Origin: Octopus sinensis
Taxonomy: Eukaryota
Assembly: GCF_006345805.1 (NCBI RefSeq)
Contig: NW_021835423.1
Span: 1-53,267 of the forward strand
Length of the DNA: 53,267 nt
Direction: 5' to 3'
The notes beneath the pieces are model-generated. The model worked only from the letters and a program-made list of their open reading frames with translations, did no database searches and was not told where the DNA came from. Positions 25,633 through 39,290 of this stretch are shown in pieces (the first letter of the stretch is position 1; every line of letters begins with the position of its first letter). Both the position numbers and the translations under genes were made by a program.

Positions 25633-26019
25633 CTCTTTAATAGAATTACTTTACAGTTAAACTTTCAAAAACGCAATTTTTTTTACATTATTGAGAGACA
25701 TTCCTATCAGCAATGGTCAATTGGTAACCATTATGATTTTGGTCAACATTTTTCTAGTTTCTGTTCACCTGTTTACCCCTACACAACAACATATCTTAGT
25801 TCTTGGTTCCAAAAGACAATATTAACTCTATTGTGTTTTCTAATTTATCCATTTTTCCATCCAAGGCAACAAAGATTTTATGAAATTTCAGCGATATATT
25901 TCATCGACTCCTTTTGCAGCTAACATTTCAAATGAGATTAGAGATGGCCCTGTTCTCAGTCCTTCTGACAAAAAAAACAGCTCAGGGAGTGGAGAATTTA
26001 TAGGAATCAGTTAGGTACA

Positions 26020-26303
26020 TTGATTTCTATAAATTTTTCCATCGCTTGTGTTTTATGGAAACGAATTGGTCATAGCAAGTGGAGGCGCAGGGCTTAATGG
26101 TTAGGGTATTTGACTCATGATTGTAAGATTGGGGTTTCGATTCCTTCACCAGGCAATACGTTGTGTTCTTGAGCAAAACACTTCCGTTCACTCAGCTGGC
26201 AAAAATAAGTAATCTTACAGCGAACTAGTGTCCTGTTCAGGGAGGAATGTATACGCTAGAGAAACCGGGAAACCAACCCTATGCCTCTTATGGGATAACA
26301 TAA
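26020..26303 (+). mobile_element. SINE insertion with a 9-bp TSD in module copy 3
   Basis: ttaggtaca at 26011-26019 and 26304-26312. The SINE head starts at about 26081. Confidence 0.7.
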
Positions 26304-26328
26304 TTAGGTACAGTTATTTCATACTCAC

Positions 26329-26379
26329 CAACTGGTCCTGCCACCATCTGGACTTCCATCTTTGACGAATTTGGACCAA
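26329..26379 (-). CDS. Symmetric exon (51 nt, phase 1-1): (V)GPNSSKMEVQMVAGPV; diverged copy of the first death-domain exon
   Basis: Acceptor atttttcag|TT and donor GTTG|gtgagt. Open frame. Aligns without gaps to the first 40 nt of exon 19206..19277, then has a 21-nt in-frame deletion. Confidence 0.72.
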
Positions 26380-26810
26380 CTGAAAAATACATTTCAAAGT
26401 GGTTTTAGTAAAATTTCTTTATCCTTTCTAATAATCGATATTTTATTATTGTGAGACATTCGTGTCATCACTGATGACAACATGCTTTTGGAGAACATTT
26501 GTATGCTTTCTACAGTGGGGCCAAGAAATGGTTCACTATTTGAGTCCACAACAGAATAGACCACACTTAACAACCCTTCTCTGTCTCTTAAGTCATCCAA
26601 CAATTCTAACAATTCTGAAATTATCTCATTTAATTATCCCCTAATAACCGATTTTCTCTTAGCTTCGTTTGGGTTTTCTTATGTTTGTGCCAGATCTATG
26701 ACAAGACATCTCTAATCAACATTCGTCTCATCTTCTGCTTAATTCCAGTGTCAACCAAGTTGAGCATCGAAGTCCTAGCCTCAAACACGACACACCACTT
26801 CCAGACGGAT

Positions 26811-27420
26811 ATATATCTATATCTATACTTGTTTTGCAAGATTTTTGATGTGAAATGGTGTGTTGAAACAGATATTGTTGTATTTAGGAATGGTCATTTT
26901 GCCAGTTAGCCAATAAAAACACACGCACTATATATTTAGTGTTACTTTGCTTCAGCGTTATTTATTTTTTTACTTAATCTTATTTTCGGCCAGAGTTCTT
27001 TCGTCACACTCCTGTGACCTCATCAGTGGTCCTTTGCTTTCTTCTTTCTTATTTGTTGTCTCTCTCCTTACTAACCATCAGCCGTTTTGTATTTTGTATT
27101 CCTATTGTACGTGTCCTCATTTGTGCATGCGTATACCTCTATGTGTGTCTATGTTTAGTTAGTGTGTGTGGGGGTTGAAGTGCCTGTAATATTTGTATCT
27201 CCTGTTTATATACGTACGTGTAATTTGTTTTTGTTTTTGGCCGAAATAAGATTAAGATTAATGTAAAAAAATAAATAAGACTGAATCAAAGTAACACCAA
27301 ATATGTAGTGCGTGTGTTTTTATTGGCTAAACTGGCAAAATGACCATTCCCAAATACAATATATCTATCTATCTATCTATCTATCTATTTATTTATCTCT
27401 CTCTCTCTATATATATATAT
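26811..27420. mobile_element. Penelope-like non-coding remnant with inverted arms of about 115 bp, inserted in module copy 3
   Basis: Arms 26878-26992 and 27238-27360. Carries a minimal hammerhead motif. Absent from copies 1 and 2. Confidence 0.65.
26988..27032 (-). ncRNA. Minimal type I hammerhead ribozyme motif (Penelope type)
   Basis: ggacca-CTGATGA-g-GTCACA ggag TGTGAC-GAAA-gaac-TC-tggcc: complete core, 6-bp stem II and a short stem I. Confidence 0.65.
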
Positions 27421-28239
27421 ATACCTGCTCTCTTTGTTATTGGTTACTACTAGTAATCTTTAATCTTAATTACCCACATCACAGTTCTCCAGAATGTAAT
27501 CAGATTTGGGGAGATATCTGAAGATATTTCAATGTCATTCATCCTCCTGAATAAAGCAGGTCGAACAGAAAGTGACATCAGGTCTAACAGGAAGTGATAT
27601 CTCGTGTCCTAAATTAACACACTACATTCACACAAAACCTCATTAACGACATAAAACTTGTCGTCCACACATTATTGCTGTGAAAATATTTGAAACGGTT
27701 CAGAAGAACTGATACTCGGGAATACTAATCTATACATCAATCAAAGTTTCCCCACCCTTTTGATGTCCCCTCTCAAATGTTGGCACCTAAACCTTCAGTT
27801 GAGATTTTCTTATTGAGTCTCTTATTTTATAAAAGCTCACTTTGATATTCATATAAATGCAGTTGTTTTTAATTATCAGCTTCCGAAGATATTGATAAAT
27901 CATTAATAACTCTAATCACACACAAGATGTCGGTATTTACTGATAGAACCTTGGTGATTTATTGGTATTTAGTCACCATTTATAATTCAGTATTCTTTAT
28001 TATTTATATTGTGGCAGAAAGTAACCATCTTGAAGTGTGACAAGTCTTCTAATTGGACAAGAACAATGTTTAGTGGGAGTAGTGAGAGACATAATATGAC
28101 AGAGAAAAGACACCTGGAACATCTTTTATCAAAAGTGTGCTTGATTAAGTCAGAACTGGATCTACACAACAACATGAAATACAATATTCCACACCATAAA
28201 CCCCATGAGACAAACAGACAGATCATACAGTATTCTTAC

Positions 28240-28382
28240 CCAAATTATTTTTGCTCGTTATATTCTGTCCACACATATGGCATCGTTTAGGTATCTTTTG
28301 GGGACAGCATTTCTTACACAGCGAAAGATGTTTACATGGAAAGAACGTCTCTGTGGCCACTTCGTCTTCACAAAACATACAT
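28240..28382 (-). CDS. Exon (143 nt), RING-HC finger: CMFCEDEVATETFFPCKHLSLCKKCCPQKIPKRCHMCGQNITSKNNL
   Basis: Acceptor ttgttcctcag|A and donor TTGG|gtaaga. Spacing C-x2-C-x11-C-x-H-x3-C-x2-C-x8-C-x2-C, the C3HC4 type seen in Mind bomb and IAP RINGs. Confidence 0.92.
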
Positions 28383-28824
28383 CTGAGGAACAAAAACCTG
28401 AACACATCCCATTAATAACATTCATTTATAACAAATATTACATTGCGTGCATATTTACAGTAGAGAATATTATGCGAGACCACAATTAAACAATTACATA
28501 TGGGCGAATTTGTGAGTATATAAATGCAGACACAGACACACAGACACAGACACAGATACGCACACACACACACACACATACACACACATATATATATATA
28601 TAAATGGACACAAATATTAATAAGTATATGTCATGACATTGATACATCACAAAAACTGATTTACGCAAAGTGAACAACATATATTCCAGAAATATAATTC
28701 ACTTATGTATATATATGTGTGTGTGTGTGCGTGTGTGTGTGTGTGTGTCCGAGTCAGTCGCCATGATAGATTGTTAGCCGCTACACACATTTTTTACTCT
28801 CCTTGTTTTTTTTTTTCCGTGTCC

Positions 28825-28860
28825 CTTTCTGTAGAAGAGCGAAGGCTCGAAATGTAAAAG
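28825..28860 (+). ncRNA. Degenerate minimal hammerhead motif
   Basis: cttt-CTGTAGA-a-GAGC gaag GCTC-GAAA-tg-TA-aaag. Stems I and II are intact, but core A6 is changed to T. Confidence 0.4.
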
Positions 28861-28930
28861 ACTTTTTCTATTCCTTCAACACCACCTGTCATCGTCTTTT
28901 GTTTTTTTCGTAAACTCTCCCTATATATAT

Positions 28931-30574
<1,644 letters not shown>

Positions 30575-30577
30575 TAT

Positions 30578-30659
<82 letters not shown>

Positions 30660-30664
30660 TTCTC

Positions 30665-31070
30665 TTTTTTCTCTTTTTACTTGTCTCAGTCATTTTGACT
30701 GCGGCCATGCTGGTGGACCGCCTTTAATCGAGTAACACGACCCCGGGACTTATTCTTTGTAAGCCCAGTACTTATTCTATCGGTCTCTTTTGCCGAACCG
30801 CTAAGTGACGGGGACATAAACACACCAGCATTGGTTGTCAAGCAATGCTAGGGGGACAAACACAGACACACAAACTTACACACACATACATATATATACA
30901 TATATACGACGGGCTTCTTTCAGTTTCCGTCTACCAAATCCACTCACAAGGCTTTGGTCGACCCAAGGCTATAGTAGAAGACACTTGCCCAAGGTGCCAC
31001 ACAGTGGGACTGAACCCGGAACCATGTGGTTGGTAAACAAGCTTCTTACCACACAGCCACTCCTGCGCCT
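30665..31070 (-). mobile_element. OK-like SINE
   Basis: Matches the other copies end to end. Confidence 0.88.
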
Positions 31071-31071
31071 A

Positions 31072-31116
<45 letters not shown>

Positions 31117-31609
31117 ATCTATGTATGCATGTATAAATACGTATGTATGTATATATGTATCCATGTATGTACACTCATTGTATGTGTTTGTAGGCGATTT
31201 TCTCAGGATAGCTCACATGGACATGACTGGGTGGGACAGAGAAGACAGAGGAACAATCTGTTGGTAGACAGATAAATTCCATCACTTCACTATTTACTTC
31301 TACATTTTCTCATTGGTCCCAAATCTTTAAAATAGGGAATTGAGAGAGGTGGGTGGGGATTTTAGGAGAGGTATAACAGTGAACGCAACCAATCATTTGA
31401 ATGTAATCAAAATAGTGTCCTTTCTTTTAATTAGCTTAACATCTGCATATTGTTTATTTTTCTTCTTGCTGTTGTTGTCTAACCTTTCATTAAGCTACTA
31501 AGACAGTATAATGTATCAGTAGAATTAAAACAATATAAACATATAAACATGGTTATATACAAAATAGAAAATGTAATGGTTTATCTTGTCATTGCCAGTG
31601 AATACTTAC

Positions 31610-31785
31610 TGCGGTGGGAATAACATATTTAACGTCTTTTTTAAATTTTCCTTTTCTATTAGGTCCAATGGTGTTCTGCCAATTTTGTTTTTACAGTAAA
31701 AGTTGGCCCCGTGGTGGGCTAGGTAGCTGGCAACTACCACACCAGAGCACCTTTCTTCGTTTCCCAGTTTCAGCTCTACGCAGAA
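31610..31785 (-). CDS. Exon (176 nt), last ankyrin-like repeat: FCVELKLGNEERCSGVVVASYLAHHGANFYCKNKIGRTPLDLIEKENLKKTLNMLFPP(Q)
   Basis: Acceptor catcatttgtag|TTC and donor CCGCA|gtaagt. GRTPLDL motif. Phase 0-2. Confidence 0.9.
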
Positions 31786-32289
31786 CTACAAATGATGAAA
31801 TATAAAATGATGAGTTAAAGATTACACAAACATATACTAAAGATGCCCCAAATTACACAACAGTTCAACTACATTTACACATAGTTTGTTTCTCCAGTGA
31901 TTAAACTATTCACACAGCGTTGATTTCTTACATCATCTCTTAGTTGAGTCCACTTTTCATTATCATTTGTTTTACTTTACGTTCTACATTAAGACAAAAA
32001 TTATGATCATATATTGAACAAAACGCACATTAGTGGTCAACGTTATTGCTTAACAATGATATTTAATGAGTAAATATTTACTTGCCAATCACAAATGTCA
32101 CAAACTATTCAATAAAAACACAATATAAAGTTATTATAACATCAAGTCAAATATACAAAATATAAGGACAGAAATGTCACAATAATGAAAGACAACAAAC
32201 CAACAAGAACCTATCTCTACAACTGGCTTGATAAAGCCAAATGGCCATAGCAAGAGAAAAACTTACGGAAGAGTATTGTACATATAAGT

Positions 32290-33430
32290 ACTAGCTTAAG
32301 GTGACCCGCTCTACGCGTGGGTGAGGGTGTGATTGTTACTTTCTGTTGCTTCCTTTGTTTCTTATCGCCATATTCACCCTCTTTGTTCCTCTCTCCTTTC
32401 TCTCTCACTTCCTCACTCTCTTACTCTTCCTTTATCTCGGACTCTCCCTCACTTTCTCTTGCTTTTTATCTTTCTCTATCTCTCTATCTCCCATTTATGA
32501 AAAATTAGATTTCCGTGCTTAAATTACAAATCTTCTACTTTACCATGTTGAAAATTTGATTGAAATCAGGCAAAAGGTGTCCAATCTGAACCCCCAATTG
32601 TCCCCCAAAATCAATAAAATCCCTATTTTCACACCAAAACGACCACAGTCGCGCCCCAAAAGTCTCTCAAACAATTTCTCACCGCAAGTTACCCCCTCTT
32701 TTAAATTGTAATCCCCTTCCAGGCCCAATTACACATCTTTTTACATAAAAATCCAATTTGTATCATCGTTCGCCTTCTTCATTTGATAGATTAGAAATAC
32801 ATACCCGGTCTTGTTCGGGATTAAAATAGTTTATTATTGTTTTACTAGTTTTGGTATAATAACCCGATTTCATTCGGGTCTAAACGGGCCACATTTTAAA
32901 AGATGAGGGATTTTGCCCTAGAGTCCATGCCTTTCAATTGAGCAAATTCGAAGTTCCAATACAAACTCGCTAGCACTTTTAACATAGGTGTGTTTATTTT
33001 TAGCACAATCCAACCACATATGTACACAGTATATATATAAATTAACACAATATATCTGTTTAATAATATCTGTTATGATTGTGCGATGGAGGTGGGCGAT
33101 ATTAATTCACTGTTCTAAAAGACCTGTGGCGAGAATATTTAAACTTTTGCGGTTGTCATCGCTTTCTGTCTATAGATACAGACAGATGTACAGTGAGAGA
33201 GGTGGTGGAAGAAAGAGTGACAGAGAGACGTCGTTATAGAGGGATCAAAAAATCACTCTTTTTGCCATAGCAACCACATCTTATAGCTTGCGAATTTTAA
33301 CCATCGCGGGTCTCATTCTCACCACGCATTTAGTATCCTTGCCAATTTGCAGCTCGATCCTTGCCTCGGTTTGGCTGCCATTAACCTCCAAAGCAAAATG
33401 TGCATAAAATTTTCGTCAAAGGACTGTTTT
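32290..33430. mobile_element. Possible non-autonomous Helitron/Helentron-type remnants
   Basis: Starts actagc with a short hairpin (cccgc tctac gcgtggg) and has an internal CT-rich tract. Classification is from recall only. Confidence 0.3.
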
Positions 33431-33629
33431 ATAGATATGAATAACACCACAAATAATATAAGTTATACCAGAAAAGAGAACAGCAACAACATAGCAAGGC
33501 CTTCAGACATAACAACTAAATCAACACCACATAGACATATCCACGCAGATCAATAATGTTTCTATAATTAAGTGGATTGGAGAGAAAAACAGGGTATATA
33601 AGGCATCGGATTTTGTGCGCGAGAGAGAA

Positions 33630-34175
33630 GTCTACCATGGTATGATTATGTGATGCATATGGATGAAGATAGCTTCATCAAGAAGGGGTGATCTCTCATT
33701 GTGGAGGGAATGTGTGGAGGGGGTAGACCCAGAAAGACGTGCAATAATGTGGTGAGAAAGGACCGTCAGACGTTGGGTCTCACAGAGGGGATGAAATGGG
33801 AGCGATACTTTTGGCAGTCTGCTGTACTTGAGATAATATGCCAAGCTAAGTCGTCGTTGTCCTTGCATACTGTCATGACCCCTGTATCATTCTTCGTCTG
33901 AGATATCCTAATCTTGAGGGATCATGGGTGCTGATGCTTCGGAAAAATCACCCATGCTGGTGTCACATACAAATATCCGTGTCGGTGCTGCAGAAAAGCA
34001 CGCAGTACATTATGTAAATTGGGTGGCATTAGGAAGGACGTCCAACTGTCGAAACCATGCGAAAAGAGATATGGAGCCCAGGTAGCTTTTCAGCTGACCA
34101 GCTTCTGTCAAAGCGTCGAACCCATAACAGCTTTGAAAACAGTCGATACATTATCATGATGATGATGATGATGAA
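33630..34175 (+). mobile_element. RTE-clade LINE 3' end with a (GAT)n tail
   Basis: VEGMCGGGRPRKTCNNVVRKDRQTLGLTE; similar to 37830-38510. Confidence 0.75.
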
Positions 34176-34429
34176 TTAATAAGGAAACATCTTTTGATGA
34201 AGAAAGTGAAGTAAGGGAAGTAAGAATCGGTGTCACAGTTGAGGCAGAACACCAACGCATAGTTGATAAATTGTTCAGTGTTAGTCTGATGGACTATTCC
34301 AGTGGGTGGGGAGGTCGCTGGCTGCCAGAGTAGGTTCCTCTCACCAAAGTAGACATTACAACAATACACAGATGACCATCAACTGCCTGAATAGTAGTCA
34401 GTCATCTGTAGTGAGCTTTATTCATATGG

Positions 34430-34765
34430 GAATAGCCCAATGTCATAATTCAAAACTAACGCAGCGAAAATTTTGAAAAGTTCCCCCAGTTCTGAAAAAA
34501 ATCGATAAATTCGACATGGGGTCGAGAATCTAAACTTTTTATATGCAACACATCTTCTGTCTAGAGGACGCAACTCGACCTTTTTATCGCCCAAAGGGAC
34601 AGCTAGGAACATCGTATACACAGAAGTATTCGAGTGAAGAGAAGATATTGCAACCTACACATGCGCCTTCGTTCCCAAGAGGGAAAGGACTAGATTGGGA
34701 CTAGTCGTTGCCTACTAGGGGCTCTTACATACCCAGGCAATGCCGGGCTATGATGCTAGTATTAT
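34430..34765. mobile_element. Possible Helitron/Helentron-type remnant
   Basis: Ends cccaggcaatgccgggc...gctagta (hairpin plus CTAG). Confidence 0.3.
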
Positions 34766-35218
34766 ATAAAAGAAATGTGACAGAGAGCTGTTTCAGGCAG
34801 AATTCTTCATGGAATGGACAAGATGTATTTATTATCATGGCACCAGCACTATAAATGTTACTGTCTATCATATGAACCTCTCTTCTACCCAGTATCATTG
34901 TTAATTCAGAATAATATCTCCTGTCTTGAATAGATCATTTCTCCTTCAAATTTTGATGACCGTGTTTGTATGGCCAACATTCGAGATGGATCACCTTCTC
35001 TACCATGGAGAGGTCGTGCCTTTGAGGACGGAAGGGGACGGAATAGAGAATAGTGTTTGTTACATAATAATATAACTAAGGGTTACCATTGTGACTGGAT
35101 CAGGAAATGGTAATGGAGGATGGGGTTGGTAGGTGAGAATTGCGATACAAACAATGTCTGTTTCTGTCTGTCTTTCTCTGTCTGTTTGTCTATTTTACAC
35201 CCACACAGACGCACAAAT

Positions 35219-35306
<88 letters not shown>

Positions 35307-35322
35307 CACACACACACACACA
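35219..35322. repeat. (CA)n microsatellite
   Basis: Direct reading. Confidence 0.95.
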
Positions 35323-35350
35323 CATAGTCACAAACAATGTGAAAACTTAC

Positions 35351-35563
35351 CTGATCTAACATGGTCATGTGCTCCACCTCAGAATGAAAGTTGTTTTCTG
35401 TTTCTAACGCCAGATGCAGGCAATTATTTCCTCCATGTTCGACAACATTTACATTCGTGCCCCTGGCTATCAGCCGCTGCATTATTCCGAGGTGACCGTC
35501 CGAAACAGCTTCAAGCAATGGTGTCCTATATTCTTTGTTCACAATTTCTAAATTCACCGAATC
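35351..35563 (-). CDS. Exon (213 nt), ankyrin repeats: DSVNLEIVNKEYRTPLLEAVSDGHLGIMQRLIARGTNVNVVEHGGNNCLHLALETENNFHSEVEHMTMLDQ
   Basis: Acceptor ctccacaaag|GAT and donor CAG|gtaagt. Ankyrin motifs TPLLEAV and CLHLAL. Confidence 0.92.
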
Positions 35564-35991
35564 CTTTGTGGAGGTAAAAATGGAAAATGAAAATTTACAT
35601 GAAAATCAGGGTTGATATCAATGTCATTACAGTTTTCTACGGGTACTAGATCAAACTGATCAAATACATTTGATGTTTGCCAGTGAAATAAATATTCCAT
35701 AAGGACCTTCTATAACCTGATACATGTGTGTGTTAGAGACATGATAAACATATTAAGATGTCCTACGTTTGCCCCTCTATAGTAAGTTGTAGGGCAACAG
35801 AACTAGAGTAAACACATGATTAGCAGATCAAGTCAAGTAAAGAAGAATTATGATTTCTAATGTTTACTTTTGACGTTGCTACATTAATAAGGGGTTCATA
35901 AAACTGCTGAGCCGGTTAGCGTCCACATGCATAAAACTAATGCGCACGCACGCACACACACATAAACATCAGTGTTACATATATAAATACA

Positions 35992-36452
35992 TATAATGAA
36001 TTGGGGAAACGGAGTTCACGAGAATATGCATCACAACGACCGTTTCGACCCATCTTGCATCGGTCGCTTGCGGGTGGGCTACTATACAACGTGTTGTGTT
36101 GCATCCTCCAGTGCAGATGCATCTCATCGGGTGCCTTGTTTTAATGTAAAGATACCTCACTAAATATATTCAGTTTCACTTGACATGTTGTTGCTAGGAG
36201 CTTCTTGGATTACAACATGAGAGACAACAGCCTCCTGGCAACAACAACATTCCAAGCGAAACCGAATATATTTACAGAGGTATCTTCTTTAAAAGAAGAC
36301 ACCCGATGACATGCATCTGCACCGAAGGATGTCCCACAACCAGTTATACAATATCCTACCTGCAAGGGCCCGATGCAAGATGGATTGAAACAATCGTTGT
36401 GATGAATAAAAATTCTCATTAACTCCATTTTCTGCTTCCCTCATTCATTATA
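35992..36452. repeat. Imperfect long inverted repeat (fold-back), arms of about 210 bp
   Basis: Colinear matching blocks: catcacaacga, ccatcttgcatcgg, gtgcagatgcat, tcatcgggtg, aagatacctc, taaatatattc. Loop about 36204-36225. Confidence 0.85.
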
Positions 36453-36624
36453 AACTGAACGAACACTGCAGAATACATGAAGTAGATCCAGTGTCACTTA
36501 TAGCTCAACTGTGGATGACATGAGGTAACCGAATCAGCGAAAGATCTTTAAGCGTCATACTTCTAAATGTATACACAAATTCCAAATATTTACAAATACA
36601 CACGCACACACACACACACATACA

Positions 36625-38515
36625 GGGAAGATGATGCTTTGGACGGGAAGAATTACAGAGGTATCAAACTATTAGATGAAGCAATGAAAATTACAGAGAG
36701 GGTCACAGACAAAATAATTAGGATGTGTGTTAGACCAGAAGAGATGCAATTTGGTTTTGTGCCACAGCGAAGCACCTCTGATGCTATATTCCTGATAAGG
36801 CGGCTGCAGGAGAAGTACAAAGCCAAAGATAAACTCTTGTACTGGGCCTTTGTTAAACACGGAGAAAGGCTTTGACAGGATCCCTCGATCCCTTATTTGC
36901 TGGTCACTGCAAAAGCTAGGGATGGACGAATGGTTGGTGAGAGCGTTACAAGTCATGTACAGGGATGCTGTCAGTAAGGTGAGGTTTGGCATCGTGTGTA
37001 GCAATCAATTAGGGTACAAGTAGGGGTTCACCATGGATTAGTCCTCAGCTCCTTCCTGTTTATCAGAGTCCTCCAGGCAATAACTGAGGAATTTAAGATG
37101 AACTGCTTCTAGGAGATCCCCAATGCTGATGACCTTGTTATCATAGCCGAATAACTTTCAGAACTAGGTAAATTTTAGGTATATCAGTAAGGGCTAGAAT
37201 CAAAGGACCCTAAACTTAGTCTAACAAAAACCAGTTTTAGTAAGTAGGAAAGCGGACAATTCACAAATCCCCTTAGGAAGATGGCACTGTTCGATCTGTA
37301 GAAAAAGCGTAGGTAGGAAGTTCATAAGATGTGCCCAGTGTAAGGTATGGACACATAAGTGTTACAGCAATATCAGAGGAAGGTTAACAGGGATAATAGT
37401 TTTTCTGTGTGGAAGGTGCACAGGTACAATAAACAGCACAAATGTAGAGAAAATAGAGCCATCAATTGCCAGGTAGGTAAGCTACTGGTAGTTGATAGTT
37501 TCCGCTATCTCGGTGGCCAAGTCAGGAGTGTGGTTGGTTGTTCCTTGAGTATAGCTGCAAGAATAAGAATAAGATGTGCAAAGTTCAGAGTAATCTTAAC
37601 TCTAATGGTAACAAAGAGCGTCTCCCTGAGATTGAAAGGCAGACGTTATGATGCCTGTGTGTAAACAACTATGTTACATGTCAATGAAACATGGGCTGTG
37701 ACTTCTGAGGACTTCCATAGGCTTGAAAGAAATGAAGCCAGTATGTCTCGCTGGGTGTACAATGTCAGTGTGCATGTACGATAGAGTATGGAGGCCTTGA
37801 GAGAAAAGCTGGGCATTGGAGACATCAAATGGAGTGTGCAATGAGACGTCTGCGTTGGTATGGTCGTGCGATGTGTATGGACATGGACAGCTGTGTCAAA
37901 AAGTGCCGATCTCTAACTGTGGAAGGATCCTTTGGAAGACGGAGACCCAAGAAGACTTTCGATGAGTTGATGAAGAATGATCTCCAACCGTTGGACATCA
38001 TAGAGGAGATGACAAGTGACCGAGAGCCCTGGTGATATTCTCTGCGGGAGAGGACATGTCAGGCCAAGTGACGATAAGGATGTGGTCGTGCCAGTGTCCT
38101 ATAAGTGGCAGCCGTGCATCATAGCCGTGGCTGTTCGCTTCCGGTGCCATGTCAATGACACCTGGGTATCGTAGTTGTGGTCACCGATGGTGCCATGTAA
38201 ATTGGCACCTGGGAATTATCGTCGTTGGTGGTGCCATTTAAATGGCAACCATCCGTGAATCGTAGTCGTGGCCATTGTCGGTGTCATGCAAGTGGCACCC
38301 GTGCCGGTGGCATCTGAAAGCACCAGTTACACACCTGGGGTGGTTAGCATTAGGAAGGACATCGAGCTGTAGAAACCATGCCAAATCAGACAGGAACGTG
38401 GGGCAGCTCACCGACTCATAATCTCCTGTCAAACCAGCCGACACATGCCAGTATGGTGGGGATGTTGTTAATGATGATAATGATGGTGATGATGATGATG
38501 ATGATGATGATGGTG
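36625..38515 (+). mobile_element. Degenerate RTE-clade LINE (RT to 3' end) with a (GAT)n tail
   Basis: NYRGIKLL, MQFGFVP, STSDAIF, ADDLVII, RRLRWYG and RRRPKKTFDE. Confidence 0.85.
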
Positions 38516-38578
38516 ATAACGCACAAATAGAGACATAGACATACACAAATATGAAAGTAACAATCAAAACTATCATTG

Positions 38579-38614
<36 letters not shown>

Positions 38615-38704
38615 GTGTATATTTAGGGCTAAAAACCACTATGTGGACAGCCATATGCTAGAAGAAGATCACATACGATCTAACCATAAATCCATTCATC
38701 TCCA

Positions 38705-39290
<586 letters not shown>

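Larger units (their letters stand above)
18950..27790. repeat. Three diverged tandem copies of an intron-exon-intron module (about 18950-20990, 23170-24560 and 25760-27790)
   Basis: Colinear shared motifs: ttttgcagctaa at 19092, 23332 and 25912; tctcatcttctgcttaatt at 20782, 24120 and 26726; a homologous exon in each copy. Confidence 0.85.

Noticed and set aside
34154-34390. Possible ankyrin-like exon (AVDGHLCIVV...)
   Set aside because: The frame hits a stop with no donor, and the flanking exons already join in phase.
38143-38299. CRISPR-like palindromic repeats
   Set aside because: Eukaryotic context, degenerate repeats, spacers related to each other, no cas genes, and located in a LINE 3' region.
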